Of a stretch of 64,000 nucleotides of DNA, positions 19,685-27,775 are shown in pieces; position 1 is the first letter of the stretch, and each line of letters starts with the position of its first letter. The position numbers and the translations under genes were made by a program. Origin of the DNA: Candidatus Thermofontivivens primus (GTDB lineage: Bacteria > Sysuimicrobiota > Sysuimicrobiia > Sysuimicrobiales > Thermofontiviventaceae); NCBI GenBank assembly GCA_031458695.1, contig JAVKJW010000002.1, positions 129,728 through 193,727 on the forward strand. Reading direction: 5' to 3'. A model generated the notes under the pieces. It saw only the letters and a list, made by a program, of their open reading frames with translations, had not been told where the DNA came from and ran no database searches.

Positions 19685-20197
19685 ATGGCGAAAGATCCAC
19701 CCATGGTCTGTTCCATTGACCCGCAGGAGTTCCGGCGCGTGCTGGGTTATTTTGCCACGGGCGTCGCTATCGTGACGACAAGGCTTGGGGAAGATCTCCA
19801 TGGGATCACGGTGAATAGCTTCGCTTCTGTCTCCCTGGACCCGCCGTTCGTGCTCATCTGCATCGACCGGAGCGCCCGCGCGCACTCCTATCTTACCCAA
19901 AGCGGGGTCTTCGCCGTGAACATCCTCAGGCGAGACCAGGAGGACCTCTCCCGGTACTTCGCCGACCCATCCCGGCCAGAAGGGAAGGTGGGGTTCCAAG
20001 GGATCCCGTATACAGAAAAGGTAACCGGGTCTCCCATCTTCGAAGGTTGCTTAGCGTTCCTGGACTGTCGGATTGTGGCCACCTATCCCGGTGGAGATCA
20101 CACGATCTTCCTTGGGCAGGTGGAGGCTTTGGGCGTCCTTCAAGAGGGCGACCCACTTCTCTTCTATCGGAGCCAGTACCGGTCGTTAGGACGTTGA
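19685..20197 (+). CDS. Flavin reductase (HpaC/RutF-like)
   Basis: FRRVLGYFATGV, SVSLDPP, FAVNIL, GGDHTIF, PLLFY. Confidence 0.93.
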   Translation: MAKDPPMVCSIDPQEFRRVLGYFATGVAIVTTRLGEDLHGITVNSFASVSLDPPFVLICIDRSARAHSYLTQSGVFAVNILRRDQEDLSRYFADPSRPEGKVGFQGIPYTEKVTGSPIFEGCLAFLDCRIVATYPGGDHTIFLGQVEALGVLQEGDPLLFYRSQYRSLGR

Positions 20198-20208
20198 AAG
20201 AATGTGTA

Positions 20209-20273
20209 CAGGTTCAATCTGCAAACTTGGAACCTTCGACCTTGCAACCCGCCAACCTGGAACCTACCAACTT
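20209..20273. repeat. 7/8-mer tandem array (CAACCTG family)
   Basis: CAATCTG CAAACTTG GAACCTT CGACCTTG CAACCCGC CAACCTG GAACCTAC CAACTT, preceded by a short inverted CAGGTT. Confidence 0.8.
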
Positions 20274-20281
20274 AGATCGGG

Positions 20282-20971
20282 ATGACGATGGATTCGAAAG
20301 CAAGGGTGCCTTCATGGCCTAAACTTCACGCGATCCTGTTTGATTGGGATGGAACCCTCCTGGATTCCTACGAATCCCACCTCCGCGTCTATCGACGAGT
20401 CCTTGCCCATTTCGGGATGACCCTCGACGAGCAGGACTACATCCGTCATTACTCCCCCAACTGGTATACCTTCTACGAGCGACTGGGGCTGCACCCCCGG
20501 TGGTGGGAGAAGGCCGACCGCTTGTGGCTTCAGTACAACGCTGCGGAGAGACCCCCGTTGAGGCGAAACGCTCGGTTTATCTTGGAACAGTTACAGATCC
20601 GGGGCTTCCTCCTTGGCCTGGTCACGGCAGGGGACCGCAGGAGGGTTCTCCAGGACCTCCGGCGCTTGGACCTTCGAGGATCTTTCCAAGTGGTCGTGTG
20701 TGGAGGGGATGTGAAGGTGCGCAAGCCAGACCCGGGCCCATTGCTCCACGCCCTCGCGCAGCTTGACGTCGCTCCCTCCCACGCCGCCTATGTCGGGGAT
20801 ACTCCAGAAGACGTGGAGATGGGGAAGCGTGCAGGAGTCTTCACTGTCGCCGTCCTGGGTGGGTTCGGCCTGAGGGAATCCCTTGAGGCAGTTTCCCCCG
20901 ACCTCCTCATCCCCTCACTCGAGGAGCTTTTGAAGGTTTTTGAAGCCACGCCCCCACCCACCGGGAGTTGA
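20282..20971 (+). CDS. HAD-family hydrolase (phosphoglycolate phosphatase-like)
   Basis: FDWDGTLLDS, KPDP, YVGDTPEDVEMGKRAG. Confidence 0.92.
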   Translation: MTMDSKARVPSWPKLHAILFDWDGTLLDSYESHLRVYRRVLAHFGMTLDEQDYIRHYSPNWYTFYERLGLHPRWWEKADRLWLQYNAAERPPLRRNARFILEQLQIRGFLLGLVTAGDRRRVLQDLRRLDLRGSFQVVVCGGDVKVRKPDPGPLLHALAQLDVAPSHAAYVGDTPEDVEMGKRAGVFTVAVLGGFGLRESLEAVSPDLLIPSLEELLKVFEATPPPTGS

Positions 20972-20995
20972 CAGGCATTCCGATGGTGCTATAAT
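20968..20995 (+). promoter_or_regulatory. Consensus sigma70 promoter of the tRNA
   Basis: TTGACA N16 TATAAT with TG extension, ending 12 nt before the tRNA. Confidence 0.88.
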
Positions 20996-21007
20996 TACGC
21001 GTGGCGA

Positions 21008-21084
<77 letters not shown>

Positions 21085-21091
21085 GCTTGCC

Positions 21092-21126
21092 AAGGAGGCG
21101 CGGTTTCCCCCCTTCCGCGCCTCCTT
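21092..21126 (+). terminator. Hairpin terminator after the tRNA
   Basis: AAGGAGGCGCGG ... CCGCGCCTCCTT, a 12-bp stem. Confidence 0.7.
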
Positions 21127-21192
21127 CCGTTATTTCAAGAGGAGGCCCCCGGCAAAAGTCAAAAGATTTTTGCAGGCGGTACGTGCAAGGGG

Positions 21193-22386
21193 ATGGATTT
21201 CGGGGGAGGGGATGCTGTGGAGTCGCAACAGTCGATCGACCGTTTGCTCGCAGCGGTGGAGAAGGAACTCTCCTGGATGAACCGTCATATCCCCCTCACA
21301 ACAACCATTGCAGAGGAGGTGGCGTCGCGCGACCTTTCGGGCATTACCCTCTGCCTTAACATCCATCTCGATGTAAAGATCATCCCTGTCCTCGCGGCCC
21401 TGCTTTCGGCCCGGGCGCGCCTCCTGGTGCTTGGCTGCAACCCGCAGACGACCCGCGATGGTGTGGTCGCCTACCTCAAGAGGCTCGGCGCGGAGGTCTA
21501 TGCGTGGAAGGGGATGCCCGAGGCGGAGCGGTTGAAGGCAATGGACCAGGTCATCGACGAGGGGTTCGAGTTTGTCAGCGAGATGGGCGCAGATCTCACC
21601 GTCCACCTCCTCAAGTCCAGGCCTGAGGCAGCCTTCCGCGTCAGGGCAGGGATGGAGGCTACGGGAACGGGGATCCTGAGGCTTCGGGATCTCCACCTTC
21701 CCTTCCCCGTGTTCAACTGGGACGACGTTGCGCTCAAGGAAGGCTTTCACAACCGGTATCTCGTCGGTCTCACGGTGTGGAATACCTTCCTCAACGTGAC
21801 CCACCTCTCCCTGTTCGGCCGGCGGGTGCTGGTCGTTGGGTACGGGCCCGTTGGGCAGGGGATCGCCAGGTATGCCGGGATGCTGGGCGCCCGGATCTAT
21901 GTGTGCGACCTCGATCCTGTGCGGCAGCTAGAGGCAGTCCACGCAGGCTTCGATGTTGTCGACCTGGAGGAGGGACTCCCCAAGGCTCAAGTCGTTGTCA
22001 CTGCGACAGGACGGGAGGGGGTTATTGGCAAACGGCACTTTGATCTGCTTGCCGATGAGTGCATCTTGCTCAACGCCGGTCACTCCAACAGGGAGATCGA
22101 CGTCGACGCCCTCCTCCGCTTTCCTACAGAGGAAATCCGCCCTTTTATTGAGGCCATCCGCCTTGGAGAGCGTACGATCTACCTCCTCGCCCGGGGAGCC
22201 ATGTTCAACCTTGCCGCTGGCCCAGGGGACTACTTTGACGCGTTCGACCTCACTGCGAGCTTGATGCTCGCGGGGATCCTCTTCCTGGTGGAACGCGGGC
22301 CAACCTTCCCGCCCGGGATCCATCTCCTCCCCCCTGAGGTGGAGCGGAAGGTCGCCTCCCTGGCGGCCCGGCAGTACATGCCCTAA
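21193..22386 (+). CDS. Adenosylhomocysteinase-family protein, divergent
   Basis: AhcY layout (H..., CNP.TT.D, E.T.TG, K..F.NRY, VVGYGPVGQG, VTATG, NAGH, NLAAG) but with altered catalytic motifs. Confidence 0.85.
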   Translation: MDFGGGDAVESQQSIDRLLAAVEKELSWMNRHIPLTTTIAEEVASRDLSGITLCLNIHLDVKIIPVLAALLSARARLLVLGCNPQTTRDGVVAYLKRLGAEVYAWKGMPEAERLKAMDQVIDEGFEFVSEMGADLTVHLLKSRPEAAFRVRAGMEATGTGILRLRDLHLPFPVFNWDDVALKEGFHNRYLVGLTVWNTFLNVTHLSLFGRRVLVVGYGPVGQGIARYAGMLGARIYVCDLDPVRQLEAVHAGFDVVDLEEGLPKAQVVVTATGREGVIGKRHFDLLADECILLNAGHSNREIDVDALLRFPTEEIRPFIEAIRLGERTIYLLARGAMFNLAAGPGDYFDAFDLTASLMLAGILFLVERGPTFPPGIHLLPPEVERKVASLAARQYMP

Positions 22387-22429
22387 ACCACCTTCTGGGC
22401 CGTCCACCTTCGGGATGGATTTCCTCGGG

Positions 22430-22457
22430 TTCAATACACTACGGAGTAGGGTATACT
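22430..22457 (+). promoter_or_regulatory. Putative promoter with CsoR/CstR-like operator
   Basis: TTCAAT N16 TATACT; near-palindrome ATACACTAC-GGA-GTAGGGTAT whose right arm is the exact reverse complement of ATACCCTAC at 2857. Confidence 0.5.
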
Positions 22458-22585
22458 CTCCTCACCCGATGTGCACTCGGGTCGTTGCCTTGTGCGAATC
22501 AGGGGTGGAACCGATTGTGGCCCATCGGCCCTCCCCCTATCTTTGACTTGGGTATCCAACGAGGAACGCAAGGAGGGAGGCTGCA

Positions 22586-23008
22586 ATGGCAGAGCGGATT
22601 TCCATGATCGTGTTCTCAGGGACGGTGGACAAGCTTTTCCCCGTGGCGATCCTTACCTCGGGCGCTGTCGCCATGGAACAGGAGGTGGATATCTTCCTCA
22701 CCTTCTGGGGCCTGATGGCCTTCCGCAAGGGGCAGCCCCAGGCCAATAGGAAGATCAGCAAGGACTTCGAGGAGGAAGGAAAGGCCATGATGGCCCTGAT
22801 CCAGGAGAAGAACGTTCCTTCCTGGTACGAGACCCTGAAGAAGGCTAAGGAGATGGGGAATGGCAAGGTGCGCATCCATGCCTGCGCCATGACAATGGAC
22901 CTCCTCGGGCTGAAGAAGGAAGATCTCGACGAGATCGTGGACGATGTGGTGGGGGTCGGCGAGTTCGTCGAGGAGGCGCAGAAAGGCAAGGTTACCCTGT
23001 TCATCTGA
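22586..23008 (+). CDS. DsrE2/DrsE-like sulfur carrier
   Basis: MIVFSGTVDK, IFLTFWGL, IHACAMTMDLLG, VVGV..F....LFI. Confidence 0.9.
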   Translation: MAERISMIVFSGTVDKLFPVAILTSGAVAMEQEVDIFLTFWGLMAFRKGQPQANRKISKDFEEEGKAMMALIQEKNVPSWYETLKKAKEMGNGKVRIHACAMTMDLLGLKKEDLDEIVDDVVGVGEFVEEAQKGKVTLFI

Positions 23009-23062
23009 AGGGTTGGCAAACACGAAAAATCTACCGGGTACGGAAACGGACGGGAGTGGGAG

Positions 23063-23314
23063 GTGTTGGAGATGAGTGTAGAGCTCAAGGTGGATCGAAC
23101 GATTGATGCGAGGGGGAGCTTCTGCCCGGGCCCTCTCATGGAGCTGATCCGGGCCATTCGGGAGGCCCAGGTGGGAGAGGTCATTGAGGTGCTTTCCAGC
23201 GATTCTGGGTCTAAGAGGGATATTCCCAAGTGGTGCCAGAAGGCAGGGCACGAGTTGCTCGCCGTGATTGACGACGAGGGATTTGCCCACTTCGTCGTCC
23301 GCAAGAGCCGGTGA
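23063..23314 (+). CDS. tusA: TusA-family sulfurtransferase
   Basis: IDARGSFCPGP, GEVIEVL.SD.GS..DIP.WC...GH. Confidence 0.9.
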   Translation: MLEMSVELKVDRTIDARGSFCPGPLMELIRAIREAQVGEVIEVLSSDSGSKRDIPKWCQKAGHELLAVIDDEGFAHFVVRKSR

Positions 23315-23379
23315 TTGGACGACCCGTTGGACCCCGTCGATCCGGTGGACAGGGGTGAGGAACGGTAGGTGATGCGAAG

Positions 23380-24498
23380 ATGAAGCGCCGCGTGGTCATT
23401 GTGGGAGGCGGGACGGGAGGTACCGTTGTGGCCAACCTTCTGGCGAGGGGGGACCCAGATCTCGAGGTGACGATGGTCTCAAGCGATGCCTTCCACTTCT
23501 ACCAGCCTGGCCTCCTTTACGTTCCCTTCGGTTGGGTGAGGCCTGAAGCACTCCTGCGACCCCAGAGGTCCCTCCTGCACCCGAGGGTCCAGTTTATCCA
23601 AGGGACAGTACGTTCCGTGGACCCTGGAAGAAAGAGTGTGGATCTCGGGGAGCGGGTCCTGAGCGCCGATACACTCGTCCTCGCCACAGGCGCCCGTCTT
23701 GCTCCTGAGGATGTTCCAGGCCTGGAGGGCGCACACCACTTTTATACCCCTGAGGCTGCCCTGCGCCTGGGGAAGGCACTAGAGGAGTTCCGCGGCGGCC
23801 ATATCGTCGTCGGTGTGGCAGGCGTCCCCTATAAGTGCCCCCCTGCTCCTCTGGAATTCACGCTCTTGCTAGAGTGGGTCCTACGCCAGACGGGGCGGAG
23901 AAAGGCTACCCGCATCACCTATATCTCCCCGCTCCCCAGGGCCTTCCCGATCGAATCTGTTGCAGATGTCGTGGAACCGATCATGGAGCATCGTGGCATT
24001 GAGCTCGTACCATTCTTCAACGTTGAGCAAGTAGATCCCGGCCGCCGTGTGGTGACTTCGCTAGAGGGAGAGGAGATCGGCTATGACCTCCTCGTGCTCA
24101 TCCCGCCGCACCGCGGGACAGTCCCTGTCACGGTGGATGGGATCGCGGATCGGGGTGGCTGGATCCGCACGGACCGGGAGACGCTTGAGGTCAAGGGATA
24201 CGAAGGGGTATTCGCCGTTGGCGACGCCACAGACCTCCCCGTGAGCAAGAGCGGTTCGGCTGCGCACTACCAAGCGCAGACAGTGGCCCGACGCATCCTC
24301 TCGTCTTCCAACGGGGCCATCCCACGGTACACAGGAAAGGTCATGTGCTTCCTGGAGACCGGGGAGAACCGGGCCACCTTGCTGAGGTTCGACTACAACC
24401 ACCCGCCCAGGCCGGCGGCACCGAACCTCGTGGCGTTCACCCTGAAGCGGTTGTTCAACCGTGTGTACTGGTACTTGGTTCCCACCGGCCGTGTGTGA
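23380..24498 (+). CDS. Sulfide:quinone oxidoreductase-like FAD protein
   Basis: GGGTGG, HFYQPG, YKCPPAPLE, GDAT...SKSGS, VMCF (two catalytic Cys). Confidence 0.88.
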   Translation: MKRRVVIVGGGTGGTVVANLLARGDPDLEVTMVSSDAFHFYQPGLLYVPFGWVRPEALLRPQRSLLHPRVQFIQGTVRSVDPGRKSVDLGERVLSADTLVLATGARLAPEDVPGLEGAHHFYTPEAALRLGKALEEFRGGHIVVGVAGVPYKCPPAPLEFTLLLEWVLRQTGRRKATRITYISPLPRAFPIESVADVVEPIMEHRGIELVPFFNVEQVDPGRRVVTSLEGEEIGYDLLVLIPPHRGTVPVTVDGIADRGGWIRTDRETLEVKGYEGVFAVGDATDLPVSKSGSAAHYQAQTVARRILSSSNGAIPRYTGKVMCFLETGENRATLLRFDYNHPPRPAAPNLVAFTLKRLFNRVYWYLVPTGRV

Positions 24499-24584
24499 GG
24501 ACCCCGGCAAGACTCCTGTGATCCTCGCCGGGGGCTTTTGCCCTCAGAGGCTCATTGAGGAGAGACCAAGCTGGAGGTATGGAC

Positions 24585-24836
24585 ATGGAACACACAATCC
24601 GTTCTGAGCCGGAGACGTGGACCATTGACGCGACCGTTACCACCTGCGGCCCCTTCTGGGATCTACTCCGGGCCATGGACCTGTCCAAGCCCGGGGACCT
24701 CATCGAGATCCGGTGCGGTCAGGTGGAGGAGGTCCAAAAGTACGCCCCGATCCTCGTCAGGGCCGCTGGCGGAGAACTTGTTTCGCTCGAGGTAGAGGGA
24801 ACCGTTGCCCGTCTCGTGATCCGGAAGGTCAAATAG
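24585..24836 (+). CDS. Divergent TusA-like protein
   Basis: GGAGG RBS; IDAT.TTCGP...AM...PGDLIEI....LVIRK follows the TusA pattern, with CGP in place of CPxP. Confidence 0.65.
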   Translation: MEHTIRSEPETWTIDATVTTCGPFWDLLRAMDLSKPGDLIEIRCGQVEEVQKYAPILVRAAGGELVSLEVEGTVARLVIRKVK

Positions 24837-24838
24837 AA

Positions 24839-24872
24839 GAGGGGACAGCCCCTTTCAAGGGACCGTCCCCTC
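24839..24872. terminator. Hairpin between convergent genes
   Basis: GAGGGGAC...GTCCCCTC with inner CCCT/AGGG. Confidence 0.5.
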
Positions 24873-24888
24873 TCCACGAGAGATCTCG

Positions 24889-25494
24889 TCAGGCCGTTCG
24901 CGGTTCACCTCCTGCAGCGCGCCGTCCGTTCCTGAACACCTTCCCTGGCTTCCACGGAGTCCCCAGCATGGGGAGGAGCCAGCGGTCCAGCCCGTAATAC
25001 CCAGCCACCTTCCAGGCTAGGATCAGCAGGACCTCCACAGTGAACAAAAGCGGGTTTGTACTGGCCGTCCCGGCCATCATGAAGTTCCAGTTCATGAACG
25101 CCCCAAAGAATGCTGCGATCCCCACAAAAGCTCCCAAGATCAGGGCGATCCCAACGAGGAGCTCGCCGTAGGCCACGAGCTTGGCAAACCAGGTATACGC
25201 CTGGATATCGAGAAGATACTGGATAAACGCCCGGTACCATCCGAATGCAATCGGTGGCCTCGCAGGCGGTGGTGGTACCTGGACTGCCCTCTCCCAAAAT
25301 GCCTTCAGCGCCGTCCCGTTTCCGGTCCACGCTTCTACCCCGATCTTGTGGAGCGCTGCGTTGATCCATTGATATCCAAGCCACACCCGCAGGAGCGCCC
25401 ACAGCCAGGCAAAGCGTGTTGTCTGGAACAGGGACCGCGCGAAGGGTGGGTCCTCATAGTACTCAACCATCCAATCTTCCCTGCGTGCTTCCAT
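24889..25494 (-). CDS. DoxX family membrane protein (TQO DoxD-like)
   Basis: LRVWLGYQWINAALHK, GELLVGIALILG, MNWNFMMAGTASTNP, AGYYGLDRW; GGAGG RBS. Confidence 0.9.
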   Translation of the reverse strand: MEARREDWMVEYYEDPPFARSLFQTTRFAWLWALLRVWLGYQWINAALHKIGVEAWTGNGTALKAFWERAVQVPPPPARPPIAFGWYRAFIQYLLDIQAYTWFAKLVAYGELLVGIALILGAFVGIAAFFGAFMNWNFMMAGTASTNPLLFTVEVLLILAWKVAGYYGLDRWLLPMLGTPWKPGKVFRNGRRAAGGEPRTA

Positions 25495-25951
25495 GGTTCC
25501 TCCCTCCTCTCCAGGTGGCCTCACCACCTGTTTATGATATTTTTTACTTTCCTTGCCATTTCCTGTCCGCCTCCAAGGATACTCGTCCATGAGGGTGAGA
25601 GGTATCGGATACCGATGGCATTTTTGCTCTGGTGCACACTGGAGGGAATCCCTCAGGCAGATGATGGAGAGACGGGGCCGGTTCTTCCATCTTGGAACCG
25701 AGGGAAGAATACTCCAAGCCTCCTATTCTTTGGATCTTCCCGGTTCGATGGGGCAGAGAGGCTCCTCCCATTTCGAGAAGATTTCGCATTGCGCTTACCC
25801 TAGGAAGCGGAGAGATCCCCTGGGGCGAGAGGAGGATTCCCTTGAACCCCTTGGCTTCGGGATGGTAGGATAGGTTGTACAGGTACTCCACCTACGCTCC
25901 CTAGAACTCAGAAGAAGGACCAGGAATCACCGACGGAAGTGAGGTGCTGAG

Positions 25952-26923
25952 ATGCAGACGACAATCCTGCCTACCACCACGGTGGGGAGTTTCCCCAAGC
26001 CCCCGTACTTGCTGGAAGCGAGGAGGAAATTCCTCCGCAACCAGATCTCGCGGGAGGAGCTTGCTGAGCTCGAGCGACGAGCCACCAAGGAGTGGATCCT
26101 CCGCCAAGAAGAAGTCGGCCTGGATATCTTCGTGGATGGAGAGCAGTATCGCGGGGACATGGTGGCCTTCTTCGCCGATGAGATGGAGGGGTTCGCCATC
26201 GCTGGGCTCGTCCGTTCCTACGGGAACAGGTATTACCCAAAACCTGTGGTCGTCGGACCTGTCGGCCGGAAGAAGCCCATCACTGTGGAATGGTGGAAGT
26301 ACGCGCAGAGCCTCACGGGGAAGCCCGTCAAGGGGATGCTCACCGGTCCCTATACAATCGCCGAGTGGTCCTTCAATGAATACTATCCGACAAGACGCGA
26401 GCTCGTCTTGGAGCTGGCGCGGGCCATTCATGAAGAGGCTGTGGACCTGGAGCGTGCGGGGGCGAAGTTCATCCAGATCGACGAACCTGCGATCCACACG
26501 CGCCCGGAGGAGGACTTCCGCCTCGCGGTGGAGGCAATGGAGATTGTCACCGATGGGCTCTCCGCCTATACCATCACGCACATCTGTTATGGCGATGTCC
26601 CCAAGATCTACCCGGATATGCTGAGCCTCCCCGTTCGCCAGATCGACCTTGCACTGAAGAATGAGAACTTCGCACTTCTTGAGGTATTCCGGAACCCCCG
26701 TTTCACCAAGGATATTGGTTTAGGTGTAGTGGATGTCCACTCCCACCGGGTGGAGAGCGAGGAAGAGGTTGTCGAGGGCATCCGCCGCTCCCTCGAGGTT
26801 TTCGATGTCTCGCAGGTCTATATCTCTCCCGACTGCGGGTTGAAGACCAGGACCATGGAGGAGACCATGGGGAAGCTTCGCGTCATGGTGAACGCCACCC
26901 AGCGGGTGCGAGCCGAACTGTAA
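25952..26923 (+). CDS. Core (C-terminal-only) cobalamin-independent methionine synthase
   Basis: TTVGSFPKP, DGEQYR.DMV, KGMLTGPYT, IQIDEPA, Zn ligands THIC...PDCGLKT; 323 aa with no folate-binding N-terminal half. Confidence 0.9.
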   Translation: MQTTILPTTTVGSFPKPPYLLEARRKFLRNQISREELAELERRATKEWILRQEEVGLDIFVDGEQYRGDMVAFFADEMEGFAIAGLVRSYGNRYYPKPVVVGPVGRKKPITVEWWKYAQSLTGKPVKGMLTGPYTIAEWSFNEYYPTRRELVLELARAIHEEAVDLERAGAKFIQIDEPAIHTRPEEDFRLAVEAMEIVTDGLSAYTITHICYGDVPKIYPDMLSLPVRQIDLALKNENFALLEVFRNPRFTKDIGLGVVDVHSHRVESEEEVVEGIRRSLEVFDVSQVYISPDCGLKTRTMEETMGKLRVMVNATQRVRAEL

Positions 26924-26953
26924 ATGTGCAGGTTTGTGCGGTGATGGAAAGGG

Positions 26954-27556
26954 ATGGTGAAGGTAGAAGGACAGCGGCTGATCCGTGTCCCCGTGCAGAA
27001 AGTCTATCAGCTCGTGAGCAGGGTGGAGAGCATCCCCCGCTACACGGAGGTGTGGCTCACCGCCGATGTCCTAGAGCAGAAGAAGGGATCCTCCCTGGTG
27101 CACCTGCGGGGGTACTTCGCGGGAATGCCAGTAGATTCTGTGCACCGCATCGTCCTTCAAGCGCCCGCACGCGTGGAATTCCGGCAGGTCCGGGGGACCA
27201 TGAAGGTCTTCCGGGGCGAGTATCGCCTGAGGGAGGTCGATGGGGGGACGGAGCTCGTCCTGCGCGTGGAGGCGGACGCAGGGATCCCTGTTCTCCCAGA
27301 GGAGAGCGTCCGTCGGGCGCTTTACCTCTTCGTCGAGCGGACTCTCGATCGGATGAAGCTGCTCGCCGAGAGGGACCTGCGGGTCCCCAGGCGGGTGAAG
27401 GAGAAGGCCGCGGCAGAGGAGGCAGAGCAGCCCGTTGAGGTTTCCCCTCCCACAGAGACCCCTCCCGCGCCTCCCCTGGAGGAAAGGAAGCCTGAGGAGG
27501 TAAAGAAGCGCAAGCGACGCAGGCGGCGCCGCAAGCGCACTCACGAGGGAAGGTGA
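26954..27556 (+). CDS. SRPBCC/START-family (polyketide cyclase-like) protein with Pro-rich linker and basic tail
   Basis: IRVPVQKVYQLVS.VE..P; F.QV.G.MK.F.G.Y pattern; tail KKRKRRRRRRKR. Confidence 0.8.
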   Translation: MVKVEGQRLIRVPVQKVYQLVSRVESIPRYTEVWLTADVLEQKKGSSLVHLRGYFAGMPVDSVHRIVLQAPARVEFRQVRGTMKVFRGEYRLREVDGGTELVLRVEADAGIPVLPEESVRRALYLFVERTLDRMKLLAERDLRVPRRVKEKAAAEEAEQPVEVSPPTETPPAPPLEERKPEEVKKRKRRRRRRKRTHEGR

Positions 27557-27644
27557 TCCTCCGGCCTGAGAATCCTCTGGATTGAGGAGGCGGCAAGGGT
27601 CTCTCCAGAGGGACGTTGACCGAGGCAACCTCAGATCGTTTTTC

Positions 27645-27673
27645 TTGACACCCCTGGGCGAGGATGCTAGGAT
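27645..27673 (+). promoter_or_regulatory. Sigma70 promoter
   Basis: TTGACA N17 TAGGAT with extended TG, upstream of mrp. Confidence 0.7.
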
Positions 27674-27775
27674 GGACCCTGAATGAGAGGTGTTTCGATA
27701 TACGCCATACAGCCTTCCGCTTCGTTGGACCCTGCAGGTCTTGAGTCACACGAGATAGGCCCGCCGAGGTGAGCA

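Noticed and set aside
25590..25710. Glycine riboswitch-like words (GAGAG, ACCGA, CTCAGG)
   Set aside because: The CCGAAG...CTCTCAGG core and tandem aptamer are incomplete, and the gene context does not fit.
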